A stretch of 64,000 nucleotides of DNA from an uncultured Candidatus Saccharibacteria bacterium (GTDB lineage Bacteria > Patescibacteriota > Minisyncoccia > Phycocordibacterales > SBAW01). The position numbers and the translations under genes are program-made. The stretch's first letter is position 1. Every line of letters begins with the position of its first letter. Below the pieces are notes generated by a model. It searched no databases. It saw only the letters and a program-made list of their open reading frames with translations, and had not been told where the DNA came from. Shown piece by piece: positions 55,269 to 64,000 of the stretch. The stretch is taken from the NCBI GenBank assembly GCA_964566795.1, contig CAZMIU010000001.1, forward strand, positions 79,388-143,387, written 5' to 3'.

Positions 55269-55712
55269 ATGCCTGTCCCCGTTATTGGCCTCGCCCTCGC
55301 GTTCCAGGCCCTGGTACCTGCTACCTCGACCTCTGCCACCCTGGTGGCAACGCCCGCTGCCGTGGTCATGCCGCTGCACCAGTCCGTCGAGGAGTACGTG
55401 CGCGAGGAGTTTAAAGACATTCCTGTCATGATCGATATTGCCCGCTGCGAGTCTCGCTTTAGGCAGTACGACTCTGCCGGCCGGGTACTTAAAAACCCCA
55501 CCTCGTCTGCCATGGGCGCCTTCCAGATTATGGCCTCGCTCCACGCGGCCCCTGCCAAGGCAAACCTGGGCCTCGACATCTACAGCCTCGAGGGCAACAC
55601 CGCCTACGCCCGCTATCTCTATGAGAAGAACGGCACCCGCGACTGGAACGCCTCCAAGCACTGTTGGGGCAAGTCTGGCCACCTCGCCAGCACCCAAGCC
55701 AAGACCAATTAA
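55269..55712 (+). CDS. secreted transglycosylase-like (SLT/Rpf-like) protein
   Basis: signal peptide; IARCES..SAMGAFQIM glycosylase-like motif. Confidence 0.5.
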   Translation: MPVPVIGLALAFQALVPATSTSATLVATPAAVVMPLHQSVEEYVREEFKDIPVMIDIARCESRFRQYDSAGRVLKNPTSSAMGAFQIMASLHAAPAKANLGLDIYSLEGNTAYARYLYEKNGTRDWNASKHCWGKSGHLASTQAKTN

Positions 55713-55721
55713 TCAAAAGCA

Positions 55722-55752
55722 AAAGCCGCCCCCGAAAGGAGGCGGCTTTTGC
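55722..55752 (+). terminator. rho-independent terminator
   Basis: AAGCCGCCCCC-gaaa-GGAGGCGGCTT + TTTG. Confidence 0.65.
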
Positions 55753-55820
55753 GTTGGATAGACAAAAAATAAATACGTTGTATTGTAAACTCAGACTGAT
55801 CCAAACAAAGGGAGGCAGAC

Positions 55821-56150
55821 ATGACGGCAAGTGAACGGGTGGCCCGTGGCGCGGCTCTTCTGGACCAAAAAAAGCCCGGCTGGGCCCGGCTGATCGACAT
55901 CGATACGCTCGATGTCGAAGACGTTGATTTTTGCCCATGTGCCCAGCTGTCAGGCACGGTAAAGTTCTATCAGGACGGCGCCGAGGATATTCTTGGCATC
56001 GACATTACCCAGAAAAAAGACCAGGAGTTCATGAGTGATCATGGATTTAATTGCCTTATTGATTTGTCTTCTAAAGGAGAAGGCGATCAGGACTTCATGC
56101 AATTAAACGAAGCCTGGAGGATCGAGGTTAGCAAACGCCTTGCGGTCTAA
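55821..56150 (+). CDS. hypothetical acidic protein (109 aa)
   Basis: ORF followed by terminator 56173-56200 (GCCGCCC-taaaa-GGCGGC + TTTTTATTTT). Confidence 0.4.
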   Translation: MTASERVARGAALLDQKKPGWARLIDIDTLDVEDVDFCPCAQLSGTVKFYQDGAEDILGIDITQKKDQEFMSDHGFNCLIDLSSKGEGDQDFMQLNEAWRIEVSKRLAV

Positions 56151-56660
56151 TTGTTACAGGCAAAAATAAGCAAGCCGCCCTAAAAGGCGGCTTTTTATTT
56201 TAAAAGTGGGGGAGCAGTTCCCTAACCGAGATTAAAGCGATTCCGAGAAAGCCTTTATTTACAGCGCCGGGGGGCCGGGGGAGATATGGATCTCGGATAG
56301 ATATTGGGTGCGCCACAGCGCATTTTAAGAGCTCTGGCGGGTATCAAAAGCTAGAGACAAAGGCAGGGCCCGGGCCAAGAGACCCCTCCCGAGTCTCACC
56401 TATATATGAGTCGGAAAAGATATATTGTGCGACACTTATGCTAGAGCAAAGCAGCCGGTTCCCGCCCATGTATTTGGGTCCAACTTGTACCCCACCCCTG
56501 CCCTGTTTGCGCTGCGTCAAAAAAATTTTTATAAACTTTGCACACTTCTCTATTCTAGTGTTTTGCAAAACACCGGAATATACCCCTCCCCCGAAAATTC
56601 AAAATTTGGGTAGGGGACCTTGCGTGGAAAGTAAGTATTTATAGTTGCGCTATAGCGCAG

Positions 56661-57503
56661 TTATAAATATTTTATTTTGGGAAAGAAAGAACCCCGGCGT
56701 TTGCCGGGGCTTTTGGTTGGCTGCCTTTTTTGTGGCAACTTTTTCTTGCTTACAGGCTTTTGGGCGGGGATCTTCTTCCCTGCCCTTTTCCTGCGGAGCA
56801 TAATCTCGGTGAGCTTGAGGCGGACATCAAGGGTAAAGGAATCGTCGCTGAATATCGAAATAAGGTGGGTCTTGTGGCCCTTGAGCTGGCTTATCTCGAC
56901 TGTCTCCTCGTACGTAAGAGGGATGCCCACGTACCGGGTCCACTTGTTGACGGCGTAGAATGTCCAGTCAATTGCAATCCCCTGGCCACTACCCCAGGCG
57001 TTCCACCCGTGGAGCATTGGCCACACAAGCGGGCCCACTGCTATACCCTGCACGTTATGGAGCCTGCGCCTGCCGCGTGCCCGGTTGGTTTTTGTGCGCG
57101 GCTTGCGGCCCTTCGGTGCCGCAATGTTGTTGTGCTTGTAGGTCAACACCATTGCGTTAAGGAAGCACTGCTTGCGCAGGGGCTCGCCCATGGGCGGCGG
57201 GCTCGGCCAACTGCACGGTTTGTACTCGATGCCGTAGAGATCGAGATAGCGCCACGTGCTCGAGTGGACGTCTTTAAGATACTCGCTACGGGTGTTGTCC
57301 CTGCACTCGTAGCCATTGCCAAAAAATCGCCGTACGTCGTTGAGCAGTGTCTCCTTGACCGAAACGCCCTTGGGGAACATTCTCTCGGTCTTTAGACGCA
57401 TGACGCGCCGTCTGATAGCGCGGCGGTGCCCGCTGCCAAAGAAGCGGTTCCACATATCTCTTTCTGTATCTGGGTGTCGCTCTGTCTTATTCTGTGAGGC
57501 CAC
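56661..57503 (-). CDS. hypothetical protein with extremely basic Lys/Arg/Pro-rich C-terminal tail
   Basis: 280 aa, no recognizable motif; tail KRAGKKIPAQKPVSKKKLPQKRQPTKSPGKRRG. Confidence 0.45.
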   Translation of the reverse strand: MASQNKTERHPDTERDMWNRFFGSGHRRAIRRRVMRLKTERMFPKGVSVKETLLNDVRRFFGNGYECRDNTRSEYLKDVHSSTWRYLDLYGIEYKPCSWPSPPPMGEPLRKQCFLNAMVLTYKHNNIAAPKGRKPRTKTNRARGRRRLHNVQGIAVGPLVWPMLHGWNAWGSGQGIAIDWTFYAVNKWTRYVGIPLTYEETVEISQLKGHKTHLISIFSDDSFTLDVRLKLTEIMLRRKRAGKKIPAQKPVSKKKLPQKRQPTKSPGKRRGSFFPKIKYL

Positions 57504-57583
57504 TGTGGCTCCCCTTTGCTGTTACAATCTGAATTGTATTTAACACTAATGTAGCTATTTGTCCAGAGTGGTATGATTAAGGA

Positions 57584-58240
57584 GTGACCTATAGGGACAA
57601 ACTCCACGCCCTGCTCTCCCCTGCTGAGCGCAGGCTTTTTAAAAAGCTCAACACACCGGCAAAAATCCAGGATTACCTGGATGCGATGCCCAACAATGTG
57701 CTAACGAGCCGCGAGCACACGATGCGGGGGCCTAGGTATGTGATACAAAAACAGCGTGCGCATTGCGCCGAGGGTGCCATGCTTGCGGCCGTAGCTCTTG
57801 CCTACCATGGCCAGCCGCCGCTTTTGATGAGTCTGGAGGCCGCCGAGGGCGACTACGACCACGTCGTCACGCCGTTTAAGGTCAATGGGCTGTGGGGCGC
57901 CATCAGCAAGACCAACTACCCGGTCCTGCGCTGGCGCGACCCGGTATATAAAACCCCGCGCGAGTTGGCGATGTCCTACTTCCACGAATACTTTTTGGAC
58001 TCCGGCAAAAAGACCCTGCGCCGATATTCCCTCCCCTTCGACATAACAAAATACGACCCCGCGCGCTGGGTGACCAAAGAGGGCGATATAGACTGGCTTA
58101 TCGAGGCGCTGGGCCGCGCGCGCCACTACCCTATTGCACCCGCAGGGGCACTAAAGAAACTGCGCAAAGCCTCAAAAATAGAGATTGAAACAACCGTGAC
58201 GCGCGAGTGGAAGCGCAACGGTACGCGCTACGAACTGTAA
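57584..58240 (+). CDS. hypothetical protein, possible transglutaminase-like cysteine-protease fold
   Basis: QRAHCAEGAMLAAVALAYHGQPP resembles G-C-x-x-FA..R..GIP core; downstream His/Asp. Confidence 0.35.
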   Translation: MTYRDKLHALLSPAERRLFKKLNTPAKIQDYLDAMPNNVLTSREHTMRGPRYVIQKQRAHCAEGAMLAAVALAYHGQPPLLMSLEAAEGDYDHVVTPFKVNGLWGAISKTNYPVLRWRDPVYKTPRELAMSYFHEYFLDSGKKTLRRYSLPFDITKYDPARWVTKEGDIDWLIEALGRARHYPIAPAGALKKLRKASKIEIETTVTREWKRNGTRYEL

Positions 58241-58248
58241 TCAGGCTT

Positions 58249-59022
58249 TTAGTTTTTTAGACCTATACCGTTTCTAAACAAGTAGGCCGTAACACCCAGA
58301 AGGACTACGGTGATACCTGCGAGGACGGCAAAGCAGGTCACAAGCGGTATGTCGCTGATGCCCAAAAAGCCCCAGCGGAAGGCGTTAACCATGTAGAGTA
58401 TCGGGTTAAACAGCGACACCTTCTGCCAGAACTCCGGCAGCATCTCGACAGAGTAAAAGATACCGCCGAGGTAGGTCAAAGGGGTAAGCACAAAGGTGGG
58501 CACGATGGATATGCCGTCAAAGCCCTTGGCAAACACGCCGTTGATAAGCCCCGCGATGCTAAACAACACCGAGGTCAGCACCACAGCCAGCACAAGCACC
58601 GCGATGTTAAAGATAGCCAGGTGCGAAAAGAAGAGCGACACCACCGCCACCAGGGTGCCTACAAGCAGGCCACGCAGGACGCCGCCGCTCACAAAGCCAA
58701 GTATCACGAGCCAGTCCGGCATCGGCGAGACCAGTATCTCGTCCAGGGTCTTGGTCCACTTGGCAAAGTAAAAGGTGGAGACCGTGTTCATATACGAGCT
58801 GGTGATGACAGACATCATGATGAGGCCCGGCACAATAAACTGCATGTAGCTAAAGCCGTCTATGGGGGCAATCTGGGAGCCTATAAAGGCGCCAAACACC
58901 ACAAAGTACAGCGAGGTGGTGACAACCGGCGGCAAGAGGGTCTGGCTCCAGATGCGGATGATGCGCACAAAGTCATTGCGCAACATGGTGTAGTACGGGA
59001 TCCAAAGAGATTTCTTGTGCAT
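58249..59022 (-). CDS. ABC-2 type transporter permease
   Basis: 6 TM ABC-2 permease; ATG 59022 one nt after ATPase stop. Confidence 0.8.
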   Translation of the reverse strand: MHKKSLWIPYYTMLRNDFVRIIRIWSQTLLPPVVTTSLYFVVFGAFIGSQIAPIDGFSYMQFIVPGLIMMSVITSSYMNTVSTFYFAKWTKTLDEILVSPMPDWLVILGFVSGGVLRGLLVGTLVAVVSLFFSHLAIFNIAVLVLAVVLTSVLFSIAGLINGVFAKGFDGISIVPTFVLTPLTYLGGIFYSVEMLPEFWQKVSLFNPILYMVNAFRWGFLGISDIPLVTCFAVLAGITVVLLGVTAYLFRNGIGLKN

Positions 59023-59023
59023 A

Positions 59024-59797
59024 TTAGTTGTCTCCCCCATTCTGGATAATATCGAGGTAGACATCCTCGAGCTTCTTCTCGCCTCCGTGGCGGGCCAGGA
59101 GCGCCTGCATAGACTCGTTCACCTTGATCTCGCCGCGGTTTATGATGGCGATATTGCGGCACAGCGCCTCGGCCTCCTCCAGGTAGTGGGTGGTAAGTAT
59201 GATCGTGGTGCCGTCTTGGTTGAGCTTGCGCAAAAAGTCCCACATTGAGCGGCGCATCTCCACATCTACTCCGGCCGTGGGCTCGTCCAGTATAAGGAGT
59301 TTGGGCTTGTGTATAAGGCCGCGGGCGATCATGAGACGGCGCTTCATGCCGCCGGAGAGGCCCTGCGAGGGAGAGTCTTTTTTGTCCCACAATCCAAGCG
59401 CCTTGAGGATCTCCTCGGCGCGCACCAGGGCCTCTTTGCGCGGTATTCCGTAGTATCCCGCCTGGGTTACGACAATGTCTATCACCTTCTCAAATATGTT
59501 GAAGTTAAACTCCTGCGGCACCAGGCCAATGTAGGTCTTGGCCAAATCCTTATCAGTATCTATCGAGGCGCCAAAGACCTTGGCCTCCCCCGATGTCTTG
59601 TTAATGAGGCTCGTGAGTACCCCAATAGTGGTGCTCTTCCCTGCCCCGTTGGGCCCCAGCAATGCAAAAAAATCTCCCTCCTCAACTGAGAGCGTGACGC
59701 CCTTAAGCGCCTCTGTCCCGCCTGCGTATGTTTTGCGCAGGTCTTTAACCTCTATTGCTTTAGCCATACTTATTGCCAGTATACCATTTTGGGTCAT
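59024..59797 (-). CDS. ABC transporter ATP-binding protein
   Basis: Walker A GPNGAGKST, signature LSGGMKRRL, Walker B ILDEPT. Confidence 0.85.
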   Translation of the reverse strand: MTQNGILAISMAKAIEVKDLRKTYAGGTEALKGVTLSVEEGDFFALLGPNGAGKSTTIGVLTSLINKTSGEAKVFGASIDTDKDLAKTYIGLVPQEFNFNIFEKVIDIVVTQAGYYGIPRKEALVRAEEILKALGLWDKKDSPSQGLSGGMKRRLMIARGLIHKPKLLILDEPTAGVDVEMRRSMWDFLRKLNQDGTTIILTTHYLEEAEALCRNIAIINRGEIKVNESMQALLARHGGEKKLEDVYLDIIQNGGDN

Positions 59798-59841
59798 ACA
59801 AAAACACCCCTACGCTATGTAGGGGTGTTTTTGATATAAGC

Positions 59842-60072
59842 TTAGGCCCTGCAAGTCCTGCAGTCCTTTTTGTGGCTGATCAGGAGCCAGACAGCCGAGG
59901 CGCCGACAAGCACGTAGACCACCGCCTCAAGCTCCATCGAGGAGCCAAAGAGCATATGGACCACGTTCCAGGTCATGCCATTGCCGCCCTGGAGCATGTC
60001 GAGACCAACAAGGCCCCAATTAATGCCGCCAACCGCAAGCAGGATATACGCAATAATATGAAGTGCTTTCAT
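59842..60072 (-). CDS. DUF378-family small membrane protein
   Basis: GGINWGLVGLDM motif, 2 TM. Confidence 0.55.
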   Translation of the reverse strand: MKALHIIAYILLAVGGINWGLVGLDMLQGGNGMTWNVVHMLFGSSMELEAVVYVLVGASAVWLLISHKKDCRTCRA

Positions 60073-60178
60073 GTAGAGTGTAGGAAAAGAGTGAGCGGCT
60101 CGACCAGTCCCGCTTGGTTATAGTATGAGGCCAGTTGTGCACTATGAGCGTGTCTACTCCCCTGCCCTGGGGATAGCG

Positions 60179-61459
60179 CTACTGCGGCAAGTAGAGATAG
60201 GGGTTGAGATACGCGTTAAGAGGTGCAATGGGGATAAAGGCCACGGCGCCAGAGTTGCATGTGTAGTTTTTAAAGGTGACTGCGCTTGAGACATAGAGGG
60301 TCAAGTGCAGGTGCGGGCCTGTGGCGTATCCGGTGTTGCCCATAAGACCCACTGTCTGGCCGGCGCTCACGGCCTGGCCCTTGGTAACCGATATCGCCGA
60401 GAGGTGCGCGTACAGCGAGGTAAGACCGTTTGGGTGCTTAACCAGGACCCACTTGCCGTACTGGCAGTTTTTTACGGCACCCTGGTTAACCTCCTGGACA
60501 GTGCCTCCAAGTACAGCCTTGATAGGCGTGCCTATAGCCCCGCCAAAGTCCACGCCGTTGTGGCCCTGGCCGTTGTAGGCGCCCGATGCGGCAAACGTTG
60601 TGTTGCCAAAGTGCTGGGTCACACGCACGGCATCGAGCGGCCAGCCTATCGTGCCGCGCTTGGCGCCAGGTGCGCTTGTGGTGTCTGCAGACCCGAGTCC
60701 GCGCGCCAGCTCCACCAGTTGTGCCTCAAACGCAGACTGCTCGGCCTTTTTCTGGGCAATAAGCGCCTGATACTGCGCCTCCTGGTTCTTTGTCTCGGTC
60801 AAAAGCGAGTTTTGGGTTGAGCGGACGACCGAAACACCCTTTTGCTCGTCGGCCAGGTTGTTTTTAAGCGCCGCAAGCTCCTGGCGCTTCTGCTCTGCGG
60901 TCTTTTTGCTTGATGAGAGGTTGATCTTAAGTGCAGAGAGGTCGTCTATGTGGTTTTGGAGCTCGTCGCGCACAGCCGCCATGCTTACACCCTGGTCAAA
61001 GAACGCGGCAAGGGTCGTGCCGCCCAATAGTGCGGTAACCATGGCGTCCTCGCTCAGGCGGTCCAGCTCACGCAGTGTCACGGCAACCTGGCTTTGCGAG
61101 ACACCAATCTTGTCCTCGGTTGTGGCGATGTTGTTGCCCAGGGTTTTTATGTCTTTGTCTTTTTGCGCAATCTGGTTTTGGGTCAGGCTCAGGCTCTTTT
61201 GGAGCTTTTGTATCTGCAGGTCGAGGCCTTTTACCGTAGACTGCAGTGTGGCCTTTTGTGCGCTTGTGGTGGTGAGCTGGTTCTCGAGCTTTTTAATCTC
61301 GTCCTGGAGCTTTTTTATCTGGTCGTTGGTGTCGTCTACTTTATCCAACAGCTCCTCGCGCGTTTGTGCGCTTGCAGTGGGGTTTTGTTGTATGAAAAAC
61401 CCGGCACCTATAACAAGTGCCATTACCCCCACGCATACTGCTACGCGGTATCGGAGCAT
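60179..61459 (-). CDS. M23-family peptidoglycan endopeptidase with N-terminal coiled coil (EnvC-like)
   Basis: long coiled coil then HNGVDFG..HLH M23 zinc-binding motifs. Confidence 0.8.
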   Translation of the reverse strand: MLRYRVAVCVGVMALVIGAGFFIQQNPTASAQTREELLDKVDDTNDQIKKLQDEIKKLENQLTTTSAQKATLQSTVKGLDLQIQKLQKSLSLTQNQIAQKDKDIKTLGNNIATTEDKIGVSQSQVAVTLRELDRLSEDAMVTALLGGTTLAAFFDQGVSMAAVRDELQNHIDDLSALKINLSSSKKTAEQKRQELAALKNNLADEQKGVSVVRSTQNSLLTETKNQEAQYQALIAQKKAEQSAFEAQLVELARGLGSADTTSAPGAKRGTIGWPLDAVRVTQHFGNTTFAASGAYNGQGHNGVDFGGAIGTPIKAVLGGTVQEVNQGAVKNCQYGKWVLVKHPNGLTSLYAHLSAISVTKGQAVSAGQTVGLMGNTGYATGPHLHLTLYVSSAVTFKNYTCNSGAVAFIPIAPLNAYLNPYLYLPQ

Positions 61460-61469
61460 TTGCTATATT

Positions 61470-62765
61470 TTAAAGCATTTTTATGGCCTTCTCAATACGG
61501 CTTCTGACTTCATTTAGCCCTAACAAAGATGCAATTGTGAAGGGATCAGGAGACTTTTCTTTTCCGGATAAAGAAACACGCAGCGGCCATAGGACATCCC
61601 CTTTCCCATGCTCCATGGCGTAAGGCATAAGCCAAAACTTAATATATTCTTTCTCCTGCCTGTCCTTGCCATTTTCCAAGAGCTTAGTGATTTGCTGCAG
61701 ATGTTTTTTTGCAACCTCAGGGGCAATTTTTCCCTTGTTGAGGAGGAGCGCCGGGTCATACTGTATGTCGCCCAAAAAGTTATACTCCTCAATTAGCTCG
61801 GTAGCCTCCTTAAGCGTCTGGGCGCGCTCCTTTATAAGCGGCACAAGCCTGGTGTCAAAAGCCTTGTCGGTAAACGCGCGTAGCCGAGCCTCGTACTCGG
61901 CGTCAGAGAGGCGCTTGAGGTGCTCAAAGTTAAACCAGGTGAGCTTCTCCATGCCAAACACGGCCCCGCCCTTGTGTACCCTCTCGAGGCTAAACTGCTC
62001 TACGAGCTCGCTTAGCGTAAACAGCTCCTGCTCGCCGCCCGGGTTCCATCCAAGGAGTGCCAGATAGTTAATGAGCGCCTCGGGGATAATGCCCTGTGCG
62101 CGGTACTCGGTTACGGACACCGCACCGTGGCGCTTTGACATCTTGGAGCGGTCGGGTGCCAAAATAAGCGGGATATGCGCATATGCGGGGCGCACAAAAC
62201 CCAATGCCTCGAGTATGAGTATCTGGCGCGGCGTGTTTGAGATATGATCCTCGCCGCGTATCACATGCGTGACACCCATCTGTGCGTCGTCCACAACAAC
62301 GGTAAAGTGGTACAAGGGCTCGTCTGCGTTTTTGGCAATGACAAAATCGCTGAGGTCGGTGGTGTCAAAGGTAACATCGCCGCGCACCGCGTCGGCAAAC
62401 GTAATAGGCGTGTTCGGGTTTTTAAAGCGTATGACCCGGCGAGCCGTGCCGTCTTTGCCCTCCTCTGCCTCGTATGCTTTGCCCTGGGCTATAAGCCTGT
62501 GCAGATGCTCGCGGTACAGCTCGGTGCGTTCAGACTGCTTGTACACTGTGTCATTGTCCCAACTGAGCCCCAGCCACTTGAGGCCTTCTATAATATCCTC
62601 CTCAAACTCTGTCTTGCTCCTCTCCTTGTCGGTGTCCTCAAATCGAAACACCATCTCTCCCCCGTGATGCTTGGCAAACAGGTAATTAAAAAGCGCCGTG
62701 CGCACCGAGCCGATATGCAAAAAGCCGGTAGGACTGGGCGGAAAGCGCGTTATAACCTTCGACAT
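61470..62765 (-). CDS. gltX: glutamyl-tRNA synthetase
   Basis: PSPTGFLHIGS (HIGH), KMSKRHG (KMSKS). Confidence 0.9.
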   Translation of the reverse strand: MSKVITRFPPSPTGFLHIGSVRTALFNYLFAKHHGGEMVFRFEDTDKERSKTEFEEDIIEGLKWLGLSWDNDTVYKQSERTELYREHLHRLIAQGKAYEAEEGKDGTARRVIRFKNPNTPITFADAVRGDVTFDTTDLSDFVIAKNADEPLYHFTVVVDDAQMGVTHVIRGEDHISNTPRQILILEALGFVRPAYAHIPLILAPDRSKMSKRHGAVSVTEYRAQGIIPEALINYLALLGWNPGGEQELFTLSELVEQFSLERVHKGGAVFGMEKLTWFNFEHLKRLSDAEYEARLRAFTDKAFDTRLVPLIKERAQTLKEATELIEEYNFLGDIQYDPALLLNKGKIAPEVAKKHLQQITKLLENGKDRQEKEYIKFWLMPYAMEHGKGDVLWPLRVSLSGKEKSPDPFTIASLLGLNEVRSRIEKAIKML

Positions 62766-62791
62766 ACGGGCAGTTTAGCAGAAATTAAGCC

Positions 62792-63922
62792 TTATGCCTC
62801 GTGGGAGAGTGCTATGTCGAGGAGGGCGTTGGCTATCAGTTTGGCAGCGTCTGGGCGGGCAAAGTTGCGGGCCGCAGCCTGCATGTGGTGGCGGATCTGC
62901 TCGTTGTCCAAAATGCGGTGGATCTCCGAGATAAGGAGCCCCGGGGTGAGGTTGTTTTGCTCAATCACGCTTGCACCACCTGCGCGCGCATAGGCAAAGG
63001 CGTTCTTGCTCTGGTCGTGGCTTATGGGCTCGGGTATGGGTATGAGTATCGCGGGGATGCCCCAGGCTGCGGTCTCGAATATGTTCCCTGCACCGGCACG
63101 CGAGATTACCAGAGATGCGGCGCCTGCAACCATGCGGGTCGCCAGATCGTTGAGGTAGTCAAAGGGCTTGTAGGCATCAAGCGTTGCGGAGTCTGGCACG
63201 GCCACGCGTGCCCGGCCCACCACATCCTCAAAGTTGGCACGCCCTGTCTGGTGCACCAGCTGGAACTCCTTGAGGAGCTGCGGCAGAGCGTCTATAACCG
63301 CATCGTTGATCATTTGGCTGCCCTGACTGCCGCCTGTCACCAAAATGATCGGTACCTCTTTTTTTAGATGCAAAAACTCGTGGCCGCCCTCGCGTGCCGG
63401 CACCAAAGCAGCCTTTCGTATCGGGTTGCCGGTGTGCGCCACCTTGTCTTTGGGGAGGTGCTCTGCACACTCGGCAAAGCCGACCGCTATCTTTTTGGCA
63501 AAGCGGGCTGCCCAGCGGGTGACGCGACCCGGCGTGGCGTCGGCATTAAATATAACGACAGGGATCTTAAAGAGCCGTGCCGCCGCCAGTGTAGGAAAGC
63601 TGGCGTAGCCGCCGGTACTAAACACCACATCGGGGTACAGAAAAAATATGCGCACCACAGCGCGTGCTACGCCCCACCCGGTTTTAAAATAGTCAAAAAA
63701 GTTGAGGATCGAGGCGTAATTGCGGATCTTGCCTGCGGCCGTGGGCACCCAGGTAATGTTGTTGGCCAATAGCACCTCGCGGTCGTACGGGTCCGGTGCA
63801 GCATACAACAGCTGCGGCTCAAGCAGACGGCGTTCACGTACCTCGTCGTTTATCGCCTCTGCAACAGCAATTATGGGGTAAAAATGTCCTCCCGTTCCCC
63901 CGCCCGTAAAAAGTATCTTCAT
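62792..63922 (-). CDS. murG: lipid II synthase MurG (UDP-GlcNAc transferase)
   Basis: MKILFTGGGTGGHFYP N-terminus, GT28 fold. Confidence 0.85.
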   Translation of the reverse strand: MKILFTGGGTGGHFYPIIAVAEAINDEVRERRLLEPQLLYAAPDPYDREVLLANNITWVPTAAGKIRNYASILNFFDYFKTGWGVARAVVRIFFLYPDVVFSTGGYASFPTLAAARLFKIPVVIFNADATPGRVTRWAARFAKKIAVGFAECAEHLPKDKVAHTGNPIRKAALVPAREGGHEFLHLKKEVPIILVTGGSQGSQMINDAVIDALPQLLKEFQLVHQTGRANFEDVVGRARVAVPDSATLDAYKPFDYLNDLATRMVAGAASLVISRAGAGNIFETAAWGIPAILIPIPEPISHDQSKNAFAYARAGGASVIEQNNLTPGLLISEIHRILDNEQIRHHMQAAARNFARPDAAKLIANALLDIALSHEA

Positions 63923-64000
63923 GTGTTTAGTGCTTCATGCGCCTGGATACGCTAAGTAGTATACCAATTTCTGCCAGGGATATGGCGAGCGCCGTGCCGC

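Noticed and set aside
43437-59797. Link between the RTX-repeat protein and the ABC transporter as a type I secretion system
   Set aside because: The ABC pair is ABC-2 type, with a separate 6-TM permease and no C39 peptidase or HlyD-like adaptor. It lies 14 kb away on an unrelated transcription unit.

Overview
This is a gene-dense, roughly 57-60% GC chromosomal segment from a bacterium with a reduced genome. Several features look Patescibacteria/Saccharibacteria-like, though no taxon is claimed: a class I LysRS, truncated Fmt, HolB and MurF, an editing-less ProRS, a membrane sortase and two mreB copies. Most of the window is housekeeping. It contains class I ribonucleotide reductase nrdA-nrdB, a cell-envelope lipid cluster (OmpR-type two-component system, PAP2, GT4, DedA, PAP2), a sortase with a tiny substrate, a hybrid histidine kinase, def-fmt, hpf, mreB, holB, nth, frr, rseP, proS, mreB2-mreC-mreD-PBP2, greA, lysS (class I), the dcw cluster start (MraZ operator, mraZ, rsmH, ftsL, ftsI, murF), yqeY, rmuC, rplU, recR, dnaB, cysS, corA, ctpA, rplI, rpmA, an ABC-2 exporter, an M23 peptidase, gltX and murG. 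The most unusual element is a tRNA-Asn(GUU) gene on the minus strand split by a 192-nt group I intron in the anticodon loop. The intron carries the GTAGAGACTAGA and GATATAGTCC core elements shared with the Azoarcus tRNA-Ile and cyanobacterial tRNA-Leu introns. A free-standing HNH endonuclease and a bacterial SET-domain gene sit immediately beside it. Other accessory-looking items are an islet downstream of tRNA-Glu (three small orphan genes plus an RTX-repeat protein), a hairpin and repeat array with a 12-nt motif present three times, a peptidase G1 (eqolisin) homolog, and a 460-nt noncoding stretch followed by orphan genes. Many long ORFs in the supplied track lie antisense to real genes and are high-GC artefacts. 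Several track starts are GTG/TTG read as M, and I moved some starts to internal ATGs with ribosome-binding sites.
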